Virus genome (UHGV): UHGV-0047541
Length of the DNA stretch: 35,471 nucleotides
Origin: a virus
Direction: 5' to 3' (one strand)
Below the pieces are notes generated by a model, which was not told the DNA's origin, ran no database searches, and was given only the letters and a program-made list of their open reading frames with translations. Shown in pieces: positions 26,589 to 35,421 of this stretch (position 1 is the first letter of the stretch; every line of letters starts with the position of its first letter). Made by a program: the position numbers and the translations under genes.

Positions 26589-27736
26589 TTGCGCCCCCTT
26601 ACCTCTGAAGAGTTCAGCGACGAATGAATAAGACGGGCAAGAAATGCCGCATCGTTAATTCGGTCATACAGACTTACAGCCAGCGGTGATTCAGCTTTTT
26701 CCAGCATGGGATAAAGCTGCTGCAACCAGACCTGATGAATTGATGAAATGTAGGAATAGAGAACGCTGGCGTTATGTGCAACGTCGCTCGGTACAGAGGG
26801 CTTTGAAAGCTGTTTCTCCATCTGGTTAAAGGCATTGATGTATGCCTCTTTGAACTGGGCAGCACGTTTACCCGTGAAACCCATAGCAAGAAACGCAAAA
26901 CCGTCGCGTGTGATTTGGTAGCAAGGAAGTTTGCGACCTGTGCAATCAGTGTAATCACTCACCGAAAAATTGCGGGCAGTGAATGATGCTGAGCATTCAA
27001 GCGTGCGGATCTTTTTCAGTACATCGTCATGACGTTTAGAGAAGAAGTCAGCAACAGCCAAAGAAGATGTAACAGCCTGACCATCAACGATGGCAATTTC
27101 AGGTTGAGAGATGGTTGGGAGAGTAGTCATGGTGACAGCCCCGGTAGTCAGTTTTTTAGAAAACTCACCACATGGGACGCCAATCACAGAGGTGGTGAGA
27201 CGTACAGGGTTGGCGTTACCGGAGACTACCGAACCCGGCCCGACCGAAGTCGGCCCTGTACGCCCCACCATAATTTGGGCGTAGCAATGCTCATGACACG
27301 AAAAAACCGCATGAGCGCGGTTATGCTCAGTAATCAATTTCAGGACGCCAATCCCGGCACCCGCTTTATAAGGTGCCTGAACAGTGTAACGTCCCGGAAT
27401 GGCAGAATCAATGTGCTGGTGGTCCTTCACACTCAACAAAATCACGCCTGAATTTCCACAAAGGACTAAAGCACTCATGCGGGTAGTCTTTGCGAAGATA
27501 GATAACGCGCTGTGTTTCTGGCTCCCAACGAATAACATGGACATAAAGCCCTCTTCCGTCACGAAACCAGCGGTTAAGTTCCTGCACAACTCGCCCCCCA
27601 CAGTCAGGTAAAGTTCTCTGTGGTTACTTACAGCCAGGTGATTTGGTAATCTGCATTCATGCCGTAACAACAGGTGTTCAGCGACGCTGACCACCTGCTG
27701 TTGCGACAAACGGTTATTTGCCGTTAAACTGTTCAT
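26585..27736 (-). CDS. Rha-domain regulatory protein with about 200-aa N-terminal extension of unknown function
   Basis: 383 aa; residues about 205-300 IAIVDGQAVTSSLAVADFFSKRHDDVLKKIRTLE...YQITRDGFAFLAMGFTGKRAAQFKEAYINAFNQME are Rha-like; N-terminal 200 aa open in the same frame. Confidence 0.6.
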   Translation of the reverse strand: MNSLTANNRLSQQQVVSVAEHLLLRHECRLPNHLAVSNHRELYLTVGGELCRNLTAGFVTEEGFMSMLFVGSQKHSALSIFAKTTRMSALVLCGNSGVILLSVKDHQHIDSAIPGRYTVQAPYKAGAGIGVLKLITEHNRAHAVFSCHEHCYAQIMVGRTGPTSVGPGSVVSGNANPVRLTTSVIGVPCGEFSKKLTTGAVTMTTLPTISQPEIAIVDGQAVTSSLAVADFFSKRHDDVLKKIRTLECSASFTARNFSVSDYTDCTGRKLPCYQITRDGFAFLAMGFTGKRAAQFKEAYINAFNQMEKQLSKPSVPSDVAHNASVLYSYISSIHQVWLQQLYPMLEKAESPLAVSLYDRINDAAFLARLIHSSLNSSEVRGRK

Positions 27737-28284
27737 GCGTTAGTTTCTCCACAGACACAAAACGCCACGACGCCCGGAGCTGCACACTCGCGGGCGTCAC
27801 TCTTTTCTGGAGCGCAAAAGATTTTGTAGACCAGTGCTGCATGCTCCTGGAGCTTCGAAATTGACAGATACAACTCATCATTAATTGCTGTCTGCTCGTG
27901 TGGCTCCACTACCCCATCTTCGATTGCCGAACGAATCTGCTTTGAGTAACTCCCGATCTGTTCGATGACTTCCAGCAGGCGCTGGTTTATATCGGCGTTC
28001 TCTACTTCCTCAATTTCAGGAAGCGATACAAACACCCCACCAGCAGACTGTGCGACAGCATCCGCAATGTGGTGAGTACCAGCCGCACGCTGTAAAACCA
28101 TTGCCCATCCCAGCGGAAAAAACTGATCGCCATCGGCACGAAGGCGGTTAAATAATGCGTTCTCTGTTACATCCAGCCAGTCAGCAGCTTCAGCGTAACC
28201 ACCTGGCAATGCCGCGATAGTTTTTCTGACAGCTTTCACGTACCACTCAGGTTGTTTTTCCACTTTCCAGTGATGCTTACCCAC
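27733..28284 (-). CDS. CII-like regulatory protein (by position; possibly Phage_CP76 family)
   Basis: 183 aa immediately downstream of cro-like gene. Confidence 0.45.
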   Translation of the reverse strand: MGKHHWKVEKQPEWYVKAVRKTIAALPGGYAEAADWLDVTENALFNRLRADGDQFFPLGWAMVLQRAAGTHHIADAVAQSAGGVFVSLPEIEEVENADINQRLLEVIEQIGSYSKQIRSAIEDGVVEPHEQTAINDELYLSISKLQEHAALVYKIFCAPEKSDARECAAPGVVAFCVCGETNA

Positions 28285-28537
28285 GGCTTACCTCCTGTTC
28301 CTGTGGTTTTAACTCATTCCGGTTTTGACTAGATTGAAAGCGTGCAGGATAGAGAATCTGCATTTCGCTGATTTCTCCCTTAAAAAAATTGGCCAGACGC
28401 TCTGCAAGATCGATAGATGGAATTTGTTCCAGTCTCTCAATACGACTCAGCGTTGCTGGATTAACCTGAACGCCCGCAGCAACATGCTGCAAAGTAAGCC
28501 CGTGCGCCTTACGCACATTTCGTAATGGTGATTGCAT
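28277..28537 (-). CDS. Cro-like HTH (XRE family) repressor
   Basis: 86 aa, KAHGLTLQHVAAGVQVNPATLSRIERLEQIPSIDLAERLANFF HTH; divergent from cI-like gene. Confidence 0.8.
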   Translation of the reverse strand: MQSPLRNVRKAHGLTLQHVAAGVQVNPATLSRIERLEQIPSIDLAERLANFFKGEISEMQILYPARFQSSQNRNELKPQEQEVSRG

Positions 28538-28634
28538 ATAACCTCCACATATTGCGTGATAAGCATATTATTTCACGCAAATATTTTGCGCAAGTTGATT
28601 TGCTTAACGCGCAATAAAGAAATGTAATAAACGC
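28538..28634. promoter_or_regulatory. oR-like divergent promoter/operator region between cro-like and cI-like genes
   Basis: 97-bp intergenic region with dyad elements TTGCGTGATAAGCAT (28552-28566), CGCAAATATTTTGCG (28576-28590) and TTGCTTAACGCGCAA (28599-28613). Confidence 0.6.
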
Positions 28635-29327
28635 ATGAACATAGGAAATCGAGTCAGACAACTTCGCCAGGCGAAGAACATGAAAATCGCCGATCTCGCT
28701 GAAGCAATAGGAGTGGATGCGGCGAATATCTCGCGCCTGGAAACAGGTAAGCAGAAACAATTCACTGAACAAGCTCTGAGTAATATTGCCAGGAGCTTAG
28801 GTGTTGATATTGCTGATCTCTTTACCTCAGACTTCAAAAGTAATACTGTATGTAAAAACAGTATTAGTGAGGATGTTGCGCAGGTGAAGGATGTATTCCG
28901 TATTGAAATGCTGGATGTCAGTGCCAGTGCGGGAAATGGCCTTATCCAGGGCGGTGATGTCATTGATGTGATTCATGCCATTGAATACAGAACTGATAAT
29001 GCTGTATCGATGTTTGGCGGACGACCAGCCAATCACATTAAAGTTATCAACGTTCGTGGGGACAGTATGTGTCCAACCATTGAGCCAGGAGATCTCATCT
29101 TCGTTGATGTCAGTATCAATCAGTTTGATGGAGATGGTATCTATGTATTTGGTTTTGATGATAAAATTTATGTCAAACGACTGCAAATGATACCTGACAA
29201 ACTACTGGTGATTTCTGATAACCAGATTTACCGTGAATGGGGAATTACCAGCGAAAATGAACACCGGTTTATGGTCTTTGGAAAGGTCTTAATCAGCCAG
29301 TCACAAACCCTTAAGCGACACAATTAA
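28635..29327 (+). CDS. CI-like prophage repressor (HTH plus LexA-like S24 peptidase domain)
   Basis: 230 aa; N-terminal HTH (IGNRVRQLRQAKNMKIADLAEAIGVDAANISRLETG), C-terminal VRGDSMCPTIEPGDLIFVD and KIYVKRL Ser/Lys dyad. Confidence 0.85.
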   Translation: MNIGNRVRQLRQAKNMKIADLAEAIGVDAANISRLETGKQKQFTEQALSNIARSLGVDIADLFTSDFKSNTVCKNSISEDVAQVKDVFRIEMLDVSASAGNGLIQGGDVIDVIHAIEYRTDNAVSMFGGRPANHIKVINVRGDSMCPTIEPGDLIFVDVSINQFDGDGIYVFGFDDKIYVKRLQMIPDKLLVISDNQIYREWGITSENEHRFMVFGKVLISQSQTLKRHN

Positions 29328-29347
29328 CCCTTACCTCCTCATCAATT

Positions 29348-29374
29348 AGCCACCCGAAGGTGGCTTTTCATTTT
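29348..29374 (+). terminator. intrinsic terminator after cI-like gene
   Basis: AGCCACC-CGAA-GGTGGCT hairpin followed by TTTTCATTTT. Confidence 0.7.
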
Positions 29375-29382
29375 CCATAAAA

Positions 29383-29421
29383 TTGCACATCTCGCAATAA
29401 AAACACTTGCATAATGCGCAA
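29383..29421. promoter_or_regulatory. oL-like operator pair
   Basis: Two TTGC-N7-GCAA dyads: TTGCACATCTCGCAA (29383-29397) and TTGCATAATGCGCAA (29407-29421), same motif as in the oR region. Confidence 0.5.
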
Positions 29422-29449
29422 CTTCATTTTATCTTTCTTTCCAGACCAA

Positions 29450-30049
29450 CAAACAAGGTACTAACAAAATTTGGTTGTAACACGGCGTATGGCACATGCG
29501 TCGTTAGCGGTCTGGGGACGTTAAAGGGGACAATCCACTCCTTGCTCGGGCAAACAAACCAGGTAGCCGGAATGTGCAAGTCAATGATGATGCTGATAAG
29601 ACGCCTAACCAGCGTGGCGATTCGGTTTGACGCCTGGGAAGAGACCAGGGTGCAACGATGAGGGCATTTATGGAACCGCCACAAAGTGTGGTGCCGTAAC
29701 TGGCTAAGTGCTCTCAGCGTTGTGGTGAATGCGCAGGCTGATGCGCGAAAGACATTGCAGCTATTGCGGAAAAGAGCTGTTCGGCGGGGCAATTAAATGC
29801 CCGTGAGAGTCTGAAATAACCGCAAGCCGGAGATCAGCACCGGTCACCACAACAGCCACTGCTTTGGCGGTACCAGTTTGTACACTTGCTTCCGGCTGGT
29901 ACCGCTCTTTTTACAAAACAGAGAAGAGCATCACCGGACGACGGGCTCATAACCCAATCCACCCGGGCGGCTGCCACCGCAGGTGTTCTTCTCTGTTTTG
30001 TGGAGAAACCAACCGACCTTGCAGGGTCGATATGATGAGGAGCAGCAAA
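29450..30049 (+). ncRNA. long structured untranslated leader of the leftward early operon (candidate cis-acting antitermination/processing element; no N gene)
   Basis: About 600 nt without credible ORF; nested inverted repeats (GGGCATTTA/TAAATGCCC; GCGGTACCAG/CTGGTACCGC followed by TCTTTTTA; 15-bp ACAAAACAGAGAAGA/TCTTCTCTGTTTTGT) and a boxA-like CGCTCTTTTTACAA. Confidence 0.4.
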
Positions 30050-30412
30050 ATGGCTAGCGAACGCAGTACTGATGTGCAGGCATTTATCGGGGAGCTGGAC
30101 GGCGGCGTATTTGAAACCAAAATCGGCGCAGTTCTCAGTGAAGTCGCTTCAGGTGTGATGAACACGAAAACCAAAGGTAAGGTCTCACTCAACCTGGAAA
30201 TCGAACCATTTGATGAGAACCGTGTGAAAATCAAACACAAACTCTCATATGTTCGCCCGACTAACCGCGGGAAAATTTCCGAAGAAGACACCACCGAAAC
30301 GCCGATGTATGTCAATCGCGGTGGTCGCCTGACTATTCTGCAGGAAGACCAGGGACAATTACTGACTCTTGCCGGTGAACCTGACGGAAAACTCCGCGCA
30401 GCAGGTCATTAA
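30050..30412 (+). CDS. yfdP: YfdP-like protein (120 aa)
   Basis: Start MASERSTDVQAFIGELDGG at 30050 with GAGG RBS; length and position match the CPS-53 yfdP-yfdQ-yfdR order. Confidence 0.55.
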   Translation: MASERSTDVQAFIGELDGGVFETKIGAVLSEVASGVMNTKTKGKVSLNLEIEPFDENRVKIKHKLSYVRPTNRGKISEEDTTETPMYVNRGGRLTILQEDQGQLLTLAGEPDGKLRAAGH

Positions 30413-30477
30413 TATCGTTCTTAATTAACCGATTATTTATCTCATCACTGAATATCTTTATATAGTGAGGACTTATT

Positions 30478-31302
30478 ATGTCTCAGAACTTAGACGCAAC
30501 CGCAATTAATCAAATCCATGCCCTTATTTCTGCTCAGGGTGTTAATGAAATTATCAGTAAGATTGGTGCCGATGCTGTGGCATTGCCTGAGAATTTCCGC
30601 ATTCATGATCTGGAAAAATTTAATTTAAATCGCTTCCGTTTCCGTGGTGCGCTTTCCACTGCCAGCATCGATGACTTTACCCGTTATTCTAAAGATCTTG
30701 CAGATGAAGGCACCCGCTGCTTTATCGATGCCGATAATATGCGAGCAGTCAGTGTGCTTAACCTGGGTACTATTGATGAACCAGGTCACGCAGATAACAC
30801 CGCCACTCTCAAACTGAAAAAGACAGCACCGTTCTCTGCCCTGTTGTCTGTTAACGGCGAGCGTAACTCCCAGAAGTCACTGGCAGAATGGATTGAAGAC
30901 TGGGCCGACTACCTTGTGGGCTTTGATGCTAATGGTGACGCTATTCAGGCAACAAAAGCGGCTGCGGCGGTCCGTAAAATCACGATTGAAGCAAACCAGA
31001 CCGCTGATTTTGAAGATAATGACTTCAGCGGCAAACGCTCCCTGATGGAGTCTGTCGAAGCGAAGACCAAAGATATTATGCCAGTGGCATTTGAATTTAA
31101 ATGCGTTCCGTTTGAAGGTCTGAAAGAACGTCCATTTAAATTACGCCTCAGCATTATCACTGGCGATCGTCCTGTACTGGTTCTGCGCATTATTCAGCTG
31201 GAAGCAGTGCAGGAAGAAATGGCTAACGAATTTCGTGATCTGCTTGTTGAGAAATTCAAAGACAGCAAAGTAGAAACCTTTATTGGTACTTTCACCGCCT
31301 GA
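30478..31302 (+). CDS. yfdQ: DUF2303-family protein YfdQ-like (274 aa)
   Basis: 274-aa [28 protein letters not shown]...; length and context as in CPS-53 yfdQ. Confidence 0.6.
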   Translation: MSQNLDATAINQIHALISAQGVNEIISKIGADAVALPENFRIHDLEKFNLNRFRFRGALSTASIDDFTRYSKDLADEGTRCFIDADNMRAVSVLNLGTIDEPGHADNTATLKLKKTAPFSALLSVNGERNSQKSLAEWIEDWADYLVGFDANGDAIQATKAAAAVRKITIEANQTADFEDNDFSGKRSLMESVEAKTKDIMPVAFEFKCVPFEGLKERPFKLRLSIITGDRPVLVLRIIQLEAVQEEMANEFRDLLVEKFKDSKVETFIGTFTA

Positions 31303-31430
31303 TTTCATTACTGCAAATGCCCCTGCGGGGGCATTTATGGAAACGTAATTAACTAAATAATCGCCGGATGGTGAGGGCTTCCTTTTACCCGAATTCAGCG
31401 CGGTGCAGCGCATATAACGTGGAGAACAAA

Positions 31431-31967
31431 ATGTCATTTATTAAAACTTTTTCCGGGAAGCATTTTTATTATGACAGGATAAATAAAGACAACATCGATA
31501 TTAACGATATCGCGGTTTCCCTTTCAAATATCTGTCGCTTTGCCGGTCATCTTTCACACTTCTACAGCGTCGCCCAACATGCGGTGCTTTGCAGCCAGCT
31601 GGTGCCGCAGGAATTTGCTTTTGAAGCGTTAATGCATGATGCAACAGAAGCGTATTGCCAGGACATCCCCGCGCCACTGAAACGCCTTCTTCCTGACTAT
31701 AAACGGCTGGAAGAAAAAATAGACGCCGTAATCCGTGAGAAATACGGGTTACCCCCGGTTATGAGTACGCCCGTGAAATATGCCGATCTCATCATGCTGG
31801 CAACCGAACGCCGCGATCTCGGGCTTGATGATGGCTCTTTCTGGCCTGTACTGGAAGGCATCCCGGCAACAGAGATGTTCAACGTGATTCCACTGGCACC
31901 GGGCCATGCCTACGGGATGTTTATGGAACGCTTCAACGAGTTATCGGAATTACGCAAATGTGCATAA
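31431..31967 (+). CDS. yfdR: HD-domain 5-prime-deoxynucleotidase YfdR-like (178 aa)
   Basis: Start MSFIKTF at 31431 with GGAGA RBS; HD-domain residues (H...HD: SVAQHAV, ALMHDATEAY). Confidence 0.65.
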   Translation: MSFIKTFSGKHFYYDRINKDNIDINDIAVSLSNICRFAGHLSHFYSVAQHAVLCSQLVPQEFAFEALMHDATEAYCQDIPAPLKRLLPDYKRLEEKIDAVIREKYGLPPVMSTPVKYADLIMLATERRDLGLDDGSFWPVLEGIPATEMFNVIPLAPGHAYGMFMERFNELSELRKCA

Positions 31968-32836
31968 CTCATGTAGTTAGTTTTTCTGGCGGGAGAACAT
32001 CTGCATATCTTGTTCACCTGATGGAAGAACAAAGAAAGGCTGGCAATAACGTCTGCTACATCTTTATGGATACCGGTTGCGAACATCCGCTGACATACCG
32101 CTTTATTCGGGAGGTTGTGAAGTTCTGGGGCATACCGCTAACTGTGTTGCAGGTCGATATAAATCCAGAGCTTGGGCAGCCAAATGGTTATACGGAATGG
32201 GAACCACAGGATATTCAGACACGAATGCCGGTGCTTAAACCGTTTATGGACATGGTAAAAAAATATGGCACGCCATACATCGGCGGCGCGTTCTGCACTG
32301 ACAGATTAAAACTCACCCCCTTCACAAAATACTGCGATGACCATTTCGGACGAGGGAATTACATCACATGGCTGGGTATTCGTGCAGACGAACCTCGTAG
32401 GCTGAAACCGAAATCGGGCGTCCGGTATCTTGCCGAGCTATCTGATTTTGATAAGTCGGATGTTATCCGGTGGTGGCATAAACAACCTTTTGATTTGCAA
32501 ATCCCGGAGCACCTCGGGAACTGTGTTTTCTGCATCAAAAAGTCCACGCAAAAGCTGGGGCTTGCATGTAAAGACGAACCTGGTCTGATGCGAGTTTTTA
32601 ATGAGCTGGTTACAGGTAAACACGTCCGGGATGGTCACCGAAAGACAAATAAAGACGTTATGTACCGTGGTCATCTGAGCCTTGACGGGATTGCCAGAAT
32701 GTATGCCGACAGCGACTACAGAAATTTGTATCAGGCGATGGTGCAAGCCAGGCGATTCGATACCGGCTCGTGTTCAGAGTCATGTGAAATCTGGGGTGAT
32801 CAATTGGAATTGAAATTCGAAGAGGTGGTGGCATGA
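31958..32836 (+). CDS. phosphoadenosine-phosphosulfate reductase family (PP-loop ATP pyrophosphatase) protein
   Basis: 292 aa; N-terminal VVSFSGGRTSAYL PP-loop (SGGxxS) motif; Cys-rich C-terminus. Confidence 0.65.
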   Translation: MCITHVVSFSGGRTSAYLVHLMEEQRKAGNNVCYIFMDTGCEHPLTYRFIREVVKFWGIPLTVLQVDINPELGQPNGYTEWEPQDIQTRMPVLKPFMDMVKKYGTPYIGGAFCTDRLKLTPFTKYCDDHFGRGNYITWLGIRADEPRRLKPKSGVRYLAELSDFDKSDVIRWWHKQPFDLQIPEHLGNCVFCIKKSTQKLGLACKDEPGLMRVFNELVTGKHVRDGHRKTNKDVMYRGHLSLDGIARMYADSDYRNLYQAMVQARRFDTGSCSESCEIWGDQLELKFEEVVA

Positions 32837-33036
32837 CAATCGTAAAAACCCATACCGGCATTGTGATCACCAAAGACGGCCCGCAGGTAAAAAAACTTCA
32901 CCAGACAGAGCGGATGTGGGTCGTGGGCAAAAACGAGTTTTACCACAAAGAAACCGGACGCCGCCACTTTGCAGAAAATACGCGCCGCCGACTACTGATC
33001 GACACCATCAAGCCTATCGAGGTGAAGCATGTTTAA
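32833..33036 (+). CDS. hypothetical small protein
   Basis: 67-aa ORF translationally coupled in operon. Confidence 0.45.
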   Translation: MTIVKTHTGIVITKDGPQVKKLHQTERMWVVGKNEFYHKETGRRHFAENTRRRLLIDTIKPIEVKHV

Positions 33037-33253
33037 ACAGAACGAAAAATCTATCGCTCAAATTGCTGAGTATATCCCGCGTGCGTGCCGGGGTATGCAG
33101 TTGCAGGAAGCCAAAGCGCGCCTGGAGAAAAAAATTGCGCTCTATATCGATGACGGCTGTGATGCTGCCGTTCTTAACGCGGCGTTCGCGCCAGCTCTTA
33201 ACAGTCATACGCGGGAGTCTTTTTTTTTCGCGCATCGCAGCGCAGATCCGTAA
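33029..33253 (+). CDS. hypothetical small protein
   Basis: 74-aa ORF overlapping previous stop. Confidence 0.45.
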   Translation: MFKQNEKSIAQIAEYIPRACRGMQLQEAKARLEKKIALYIDDGCDAAVLNAAFAPALNSHTRESFFFAHRSADP

Positions 33254-33265
33254 AGGAGGCAACCA

Positions 33266-33577
33266 GTGAGCAATTATCTGTACTGGTCTGGCTTAGTGGC
33301 TAACATTGCGCTCATGTTGTTCGTGGCTCTTTGCATCTGGGTTTGGTTTATCTGGCCTTTTGTAGAGGCCATGAGCATAACTCGGTGCTTTATTTGCGCA
33401 TCAAAGACTTCTGGATGCAAACCAACTGTAAGAGCAATTATCAGAACTTTAAAATACTGGTATCTGGATTTGCTTTTCGGCAGGGGCTGGACGCGAATTA
33501 GTAACCGCCAGTTTGAATGGGAAGGCGTCGGTAACTGGCGAATTCACAGCAGCAAAGAAACGCAGGAGGTGAAGTAA
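33266..33577 (+). CDS. hypothetical membrane protein
   Basis: 103 aa with N-terminal hydrophobic helix LVANIALMLFVALCIWVWFIWPF. Confidence 0.5.
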   Translation: MSNYLYWSGLVANIALMLFVALCIWVWFIWPFVEAMSITRCFICASKTSGCKPTVRAIIRTLKYWYLDLLFGRGWTRISNRQFEWEGVGNWRIHSSKETQEVK

Positions 33578-34149
33578 TGAACAACTTAATGATCGACCTT
33601 GAGACGATGGGGAAAAATAAGGATGCACCAATCGTTTCCATTGGCGCGGTGTTCTTCACCCCAGAAACCGGAGACATCGGACAAGAATTCTATACGGTTG
33701 TCAGCCTGGAAAGTGCTATGGAGCAAGGGGCCACACCTGACGGCGATACCATCCTGTGGTGGTTGAAACAGAGCCCTGAAGCACGAGCTGCAATCTGTAT
33801 TGATGATACTTTGTCGATCAGCGATGCACTCTCTGAACTGAGCCATTTCATTAATCAGCATGCAGACAATACAAAATATTTAAAAGTCTGGGGTAACGGG
33901 GCCACCTTCGACAACGTAATTTTACGTGGAGCTTATGAGCGAGCAGGACAAATCTGCCCGTGGGCATACTGGAATGACCACGATGTACGCACGATCGTTA
34001 CGCTTGGGCGTTCCATCGGATTCGACCCCAAAATGGACATGCCTTTCGATGGCGAACGGCACAACGCCCTGGCCGATGCCCGTCATCAGGCAAAATATGT
34101 TTCCGCTATCTGGCAGAAATTAATTCCTGCCACCAGCACAGAATTATGA
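33577..34149 (+). CDS. DEDDh-family 3-prime to 5-prime exonuclease
   Basis: 190 aa; Exo motifs MIDLETMG, WGNGATFD, H-NALADA; AGGAGG RBS upstream. Confidence 0.7.
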   Translation: MNNLMIDLETMGKNKDAPIVSIGAVFFTPETGDIGQEFYTVVSLESAMEQGATPDGDTILWWLKQSPEARAAICIDDTLSISDALSELSHFINQHADNTKYLKVWGNGATFDNVILRGAYERAGQICPWAYWNDHDVRTIVTLGRSIGFDPKMDMPFDGERHNALADARHQAKYVSAIWQKLIPATSTEL

Positions 34150-34185
34150 TTTTCCCGGGTGCAGCCGGTTTTGATGGAGAAAATT

Positions 34186-34467
34186 ATGAACACCTTGTTT
34201 TTACTGATGGCTGAATTCAATACCCCTAACATTGAACTCTCAGCAGTTAGCCAAAAGTACTTTGGCATGAGTCCAGCCACGGCAGAAGCAAAAGCAAACG
34301 CTTGTAAGTTGCCCGTTCCAACATATCGCATCGGCACATCACAAAAAGCAAAACGTTGCATCAATATTCAGGATCTTGCGGAATACATAGACAAAAGACG
34401 AGAAGAAGGACGTATCGAGTGGGAACAGGTCAGAACAAGCAAACAGAAGGGCAAAGAACATCACTAA
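34186..34467 (+). CDS. excisionase-like (AlpA/PrtN-type) DNA-binding protein
   Basis: ORF 34159-34467; start MNTLFLL at 34186 preceded by GGAGA; small basic protein at the distal end of the early-left operon. Confidence 0.5.
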   Translation: MNTLFLLMAEFNTPNIELSAVSQKYFGMSPATAEAKANACKLPVPTYRIGTSQKAKRCINIQDLAEYIDKRREEGRIEWEQVRTSKQKGKEHH

Positions 34468-34469
34468 AG

Positions 34470-34497
34470 AAAAAACCCGCCTTTAGGCGGGTTTTCA
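34470..34497. terminator. bidirectional intrinsic terminator
   Basis: AAAAAACCCGCC-TTTA-GGCGGGTTTT with A/T runs on both sides, between convergent genes. Confidence 0.75.
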
Positions 34498-34514
34498 AAA
34501 AGCACCAGCTATGA

Positions 34515-34688
34515 TCATGCTGCTTTGCGACGACGAAGCTTACCCTGCTGCTCTTTACCAGAGACAGTAGCGTGAGTGAACGCATTAGGAGCAGCCTTCA
34601 TCAGAACTTCAACAGCAGCACCCATACCTGCGAATGCTTTCATTGTGTCGAACTTAACCTGTGGCTTGGTTGCTTTTTGATCTTTCAT
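34515..34688 (-). CDS. hypothetical small protein (57 aa), below ORF-track threshold
   Basis: Minus-strand ATG at 34688 preceded by GGGAG RBS; MKDQKATKPQVKFDTMKAFAGMGAAVEVLMKAAPNAFTHATVSGKEQQGKLRRRKAA; ends at the bidirectional terminator. Confidence 0.5.
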   Translation of the reverse strand: MKDQKATKPQVKFDTMKAFAGMGAAVEVLMKAAPNAFTHATVSGKEQQGKLRRRKAA

Positions 34689-34884
34689 AGAAAACTCCCG
34701 AGACAGTAAAGGCGTCTCTAACCCTCTCTTTAAAGCTAGCTTGTTTCGCTAACTTATGCCAATCGATCATGTCGATTGGTGACATCGTTTCTTAGTAGTT
34801 TAAGCACAAAACGACTGCCATAGATGTACCTTTAAGGTAATCTGGACGGGTATCCTACAATTTGTAGACCCTTCTCGTCTATAC

Positions 34885-35421
34885 CTACTGAGCAAATTTA
34901 AGAAAGATATCCTGCAGCTCATCAATGACTGCAGACATCACATAACCGCACTGTTCCATGCGGAAACCAAAAGACTCGTAATACTGCACCAGTTCTGGTA
35001 CTGGCTCTACAATGTGGACAACTTTACATTCAACAGCTTTACAAAATATAAAAGCACTCATAAGAGTGAGTAAAACCATGCGCCCTTTCAATGGGTGAGA
35101 TTCATCTTCTCTAGAAAACCTTTCGATCATATGGATACGAAAGATGTTTTCTTCAACCCCATAAACACAAATTGCTGCTCCTGATGGTATTCCCTGAACC
35201 CGACCTTGCTGAACAAGTTTTATGCAGAACTCATACTTTTCTCTGGAGTTGCCATAGGTGCTTAACGCATAGTCCCATTCAAGCTCACCATAGCCACCAC
35301 ACAGAATCTTGTAATCATCATCACTGAGCGGACCAACAGCAAGAGGTAAGCCGACATGATCAATAATCAACTGGATATTGTTACGTACAGATTGACCTAT
35401 CTCGTCTAGGGTAAGCATCAT
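34885..35421 (-). CDS. hypothetical protein, low-GC cargo gene
   Basis: 178-aa ORF in a region of about 42 percent GC; no confident family assignment. Confidence 0.5.
   Translation of the reverse strand: MMLTLDEIGQSVRNNIQLIIDHVGLPLAVGPLSDDDYKILCGGYGELEWDYALSTYGNSREKYEFCIKLVQQGRVQGIPSGAAICVYGVEENIFRIHMIERFSREDESHPLKGRMVLLTLMSAFIFCKAVECKVVHIVEPVPELVQYYESFGFRMEQCGYVMSAVIDELQDIFLKFAQ

Noticed and set aside
28509-29186. Minus-strand ORFs 28509-28772, 28604-28963, 28827-29186
   Set aside because: Antisense to the cI-like repressor gene, which has clear HTH and S24 peptidase motifs.
29407-29792. ORFs 29407-29661 (plus) and 29424-29792 (minus) as candidate N-like gene
   Set aside because: The plus ORF starts inside the operator dyad, lacks an arginine-rich motif, and both overlap the structured leader; treated as non-coding.
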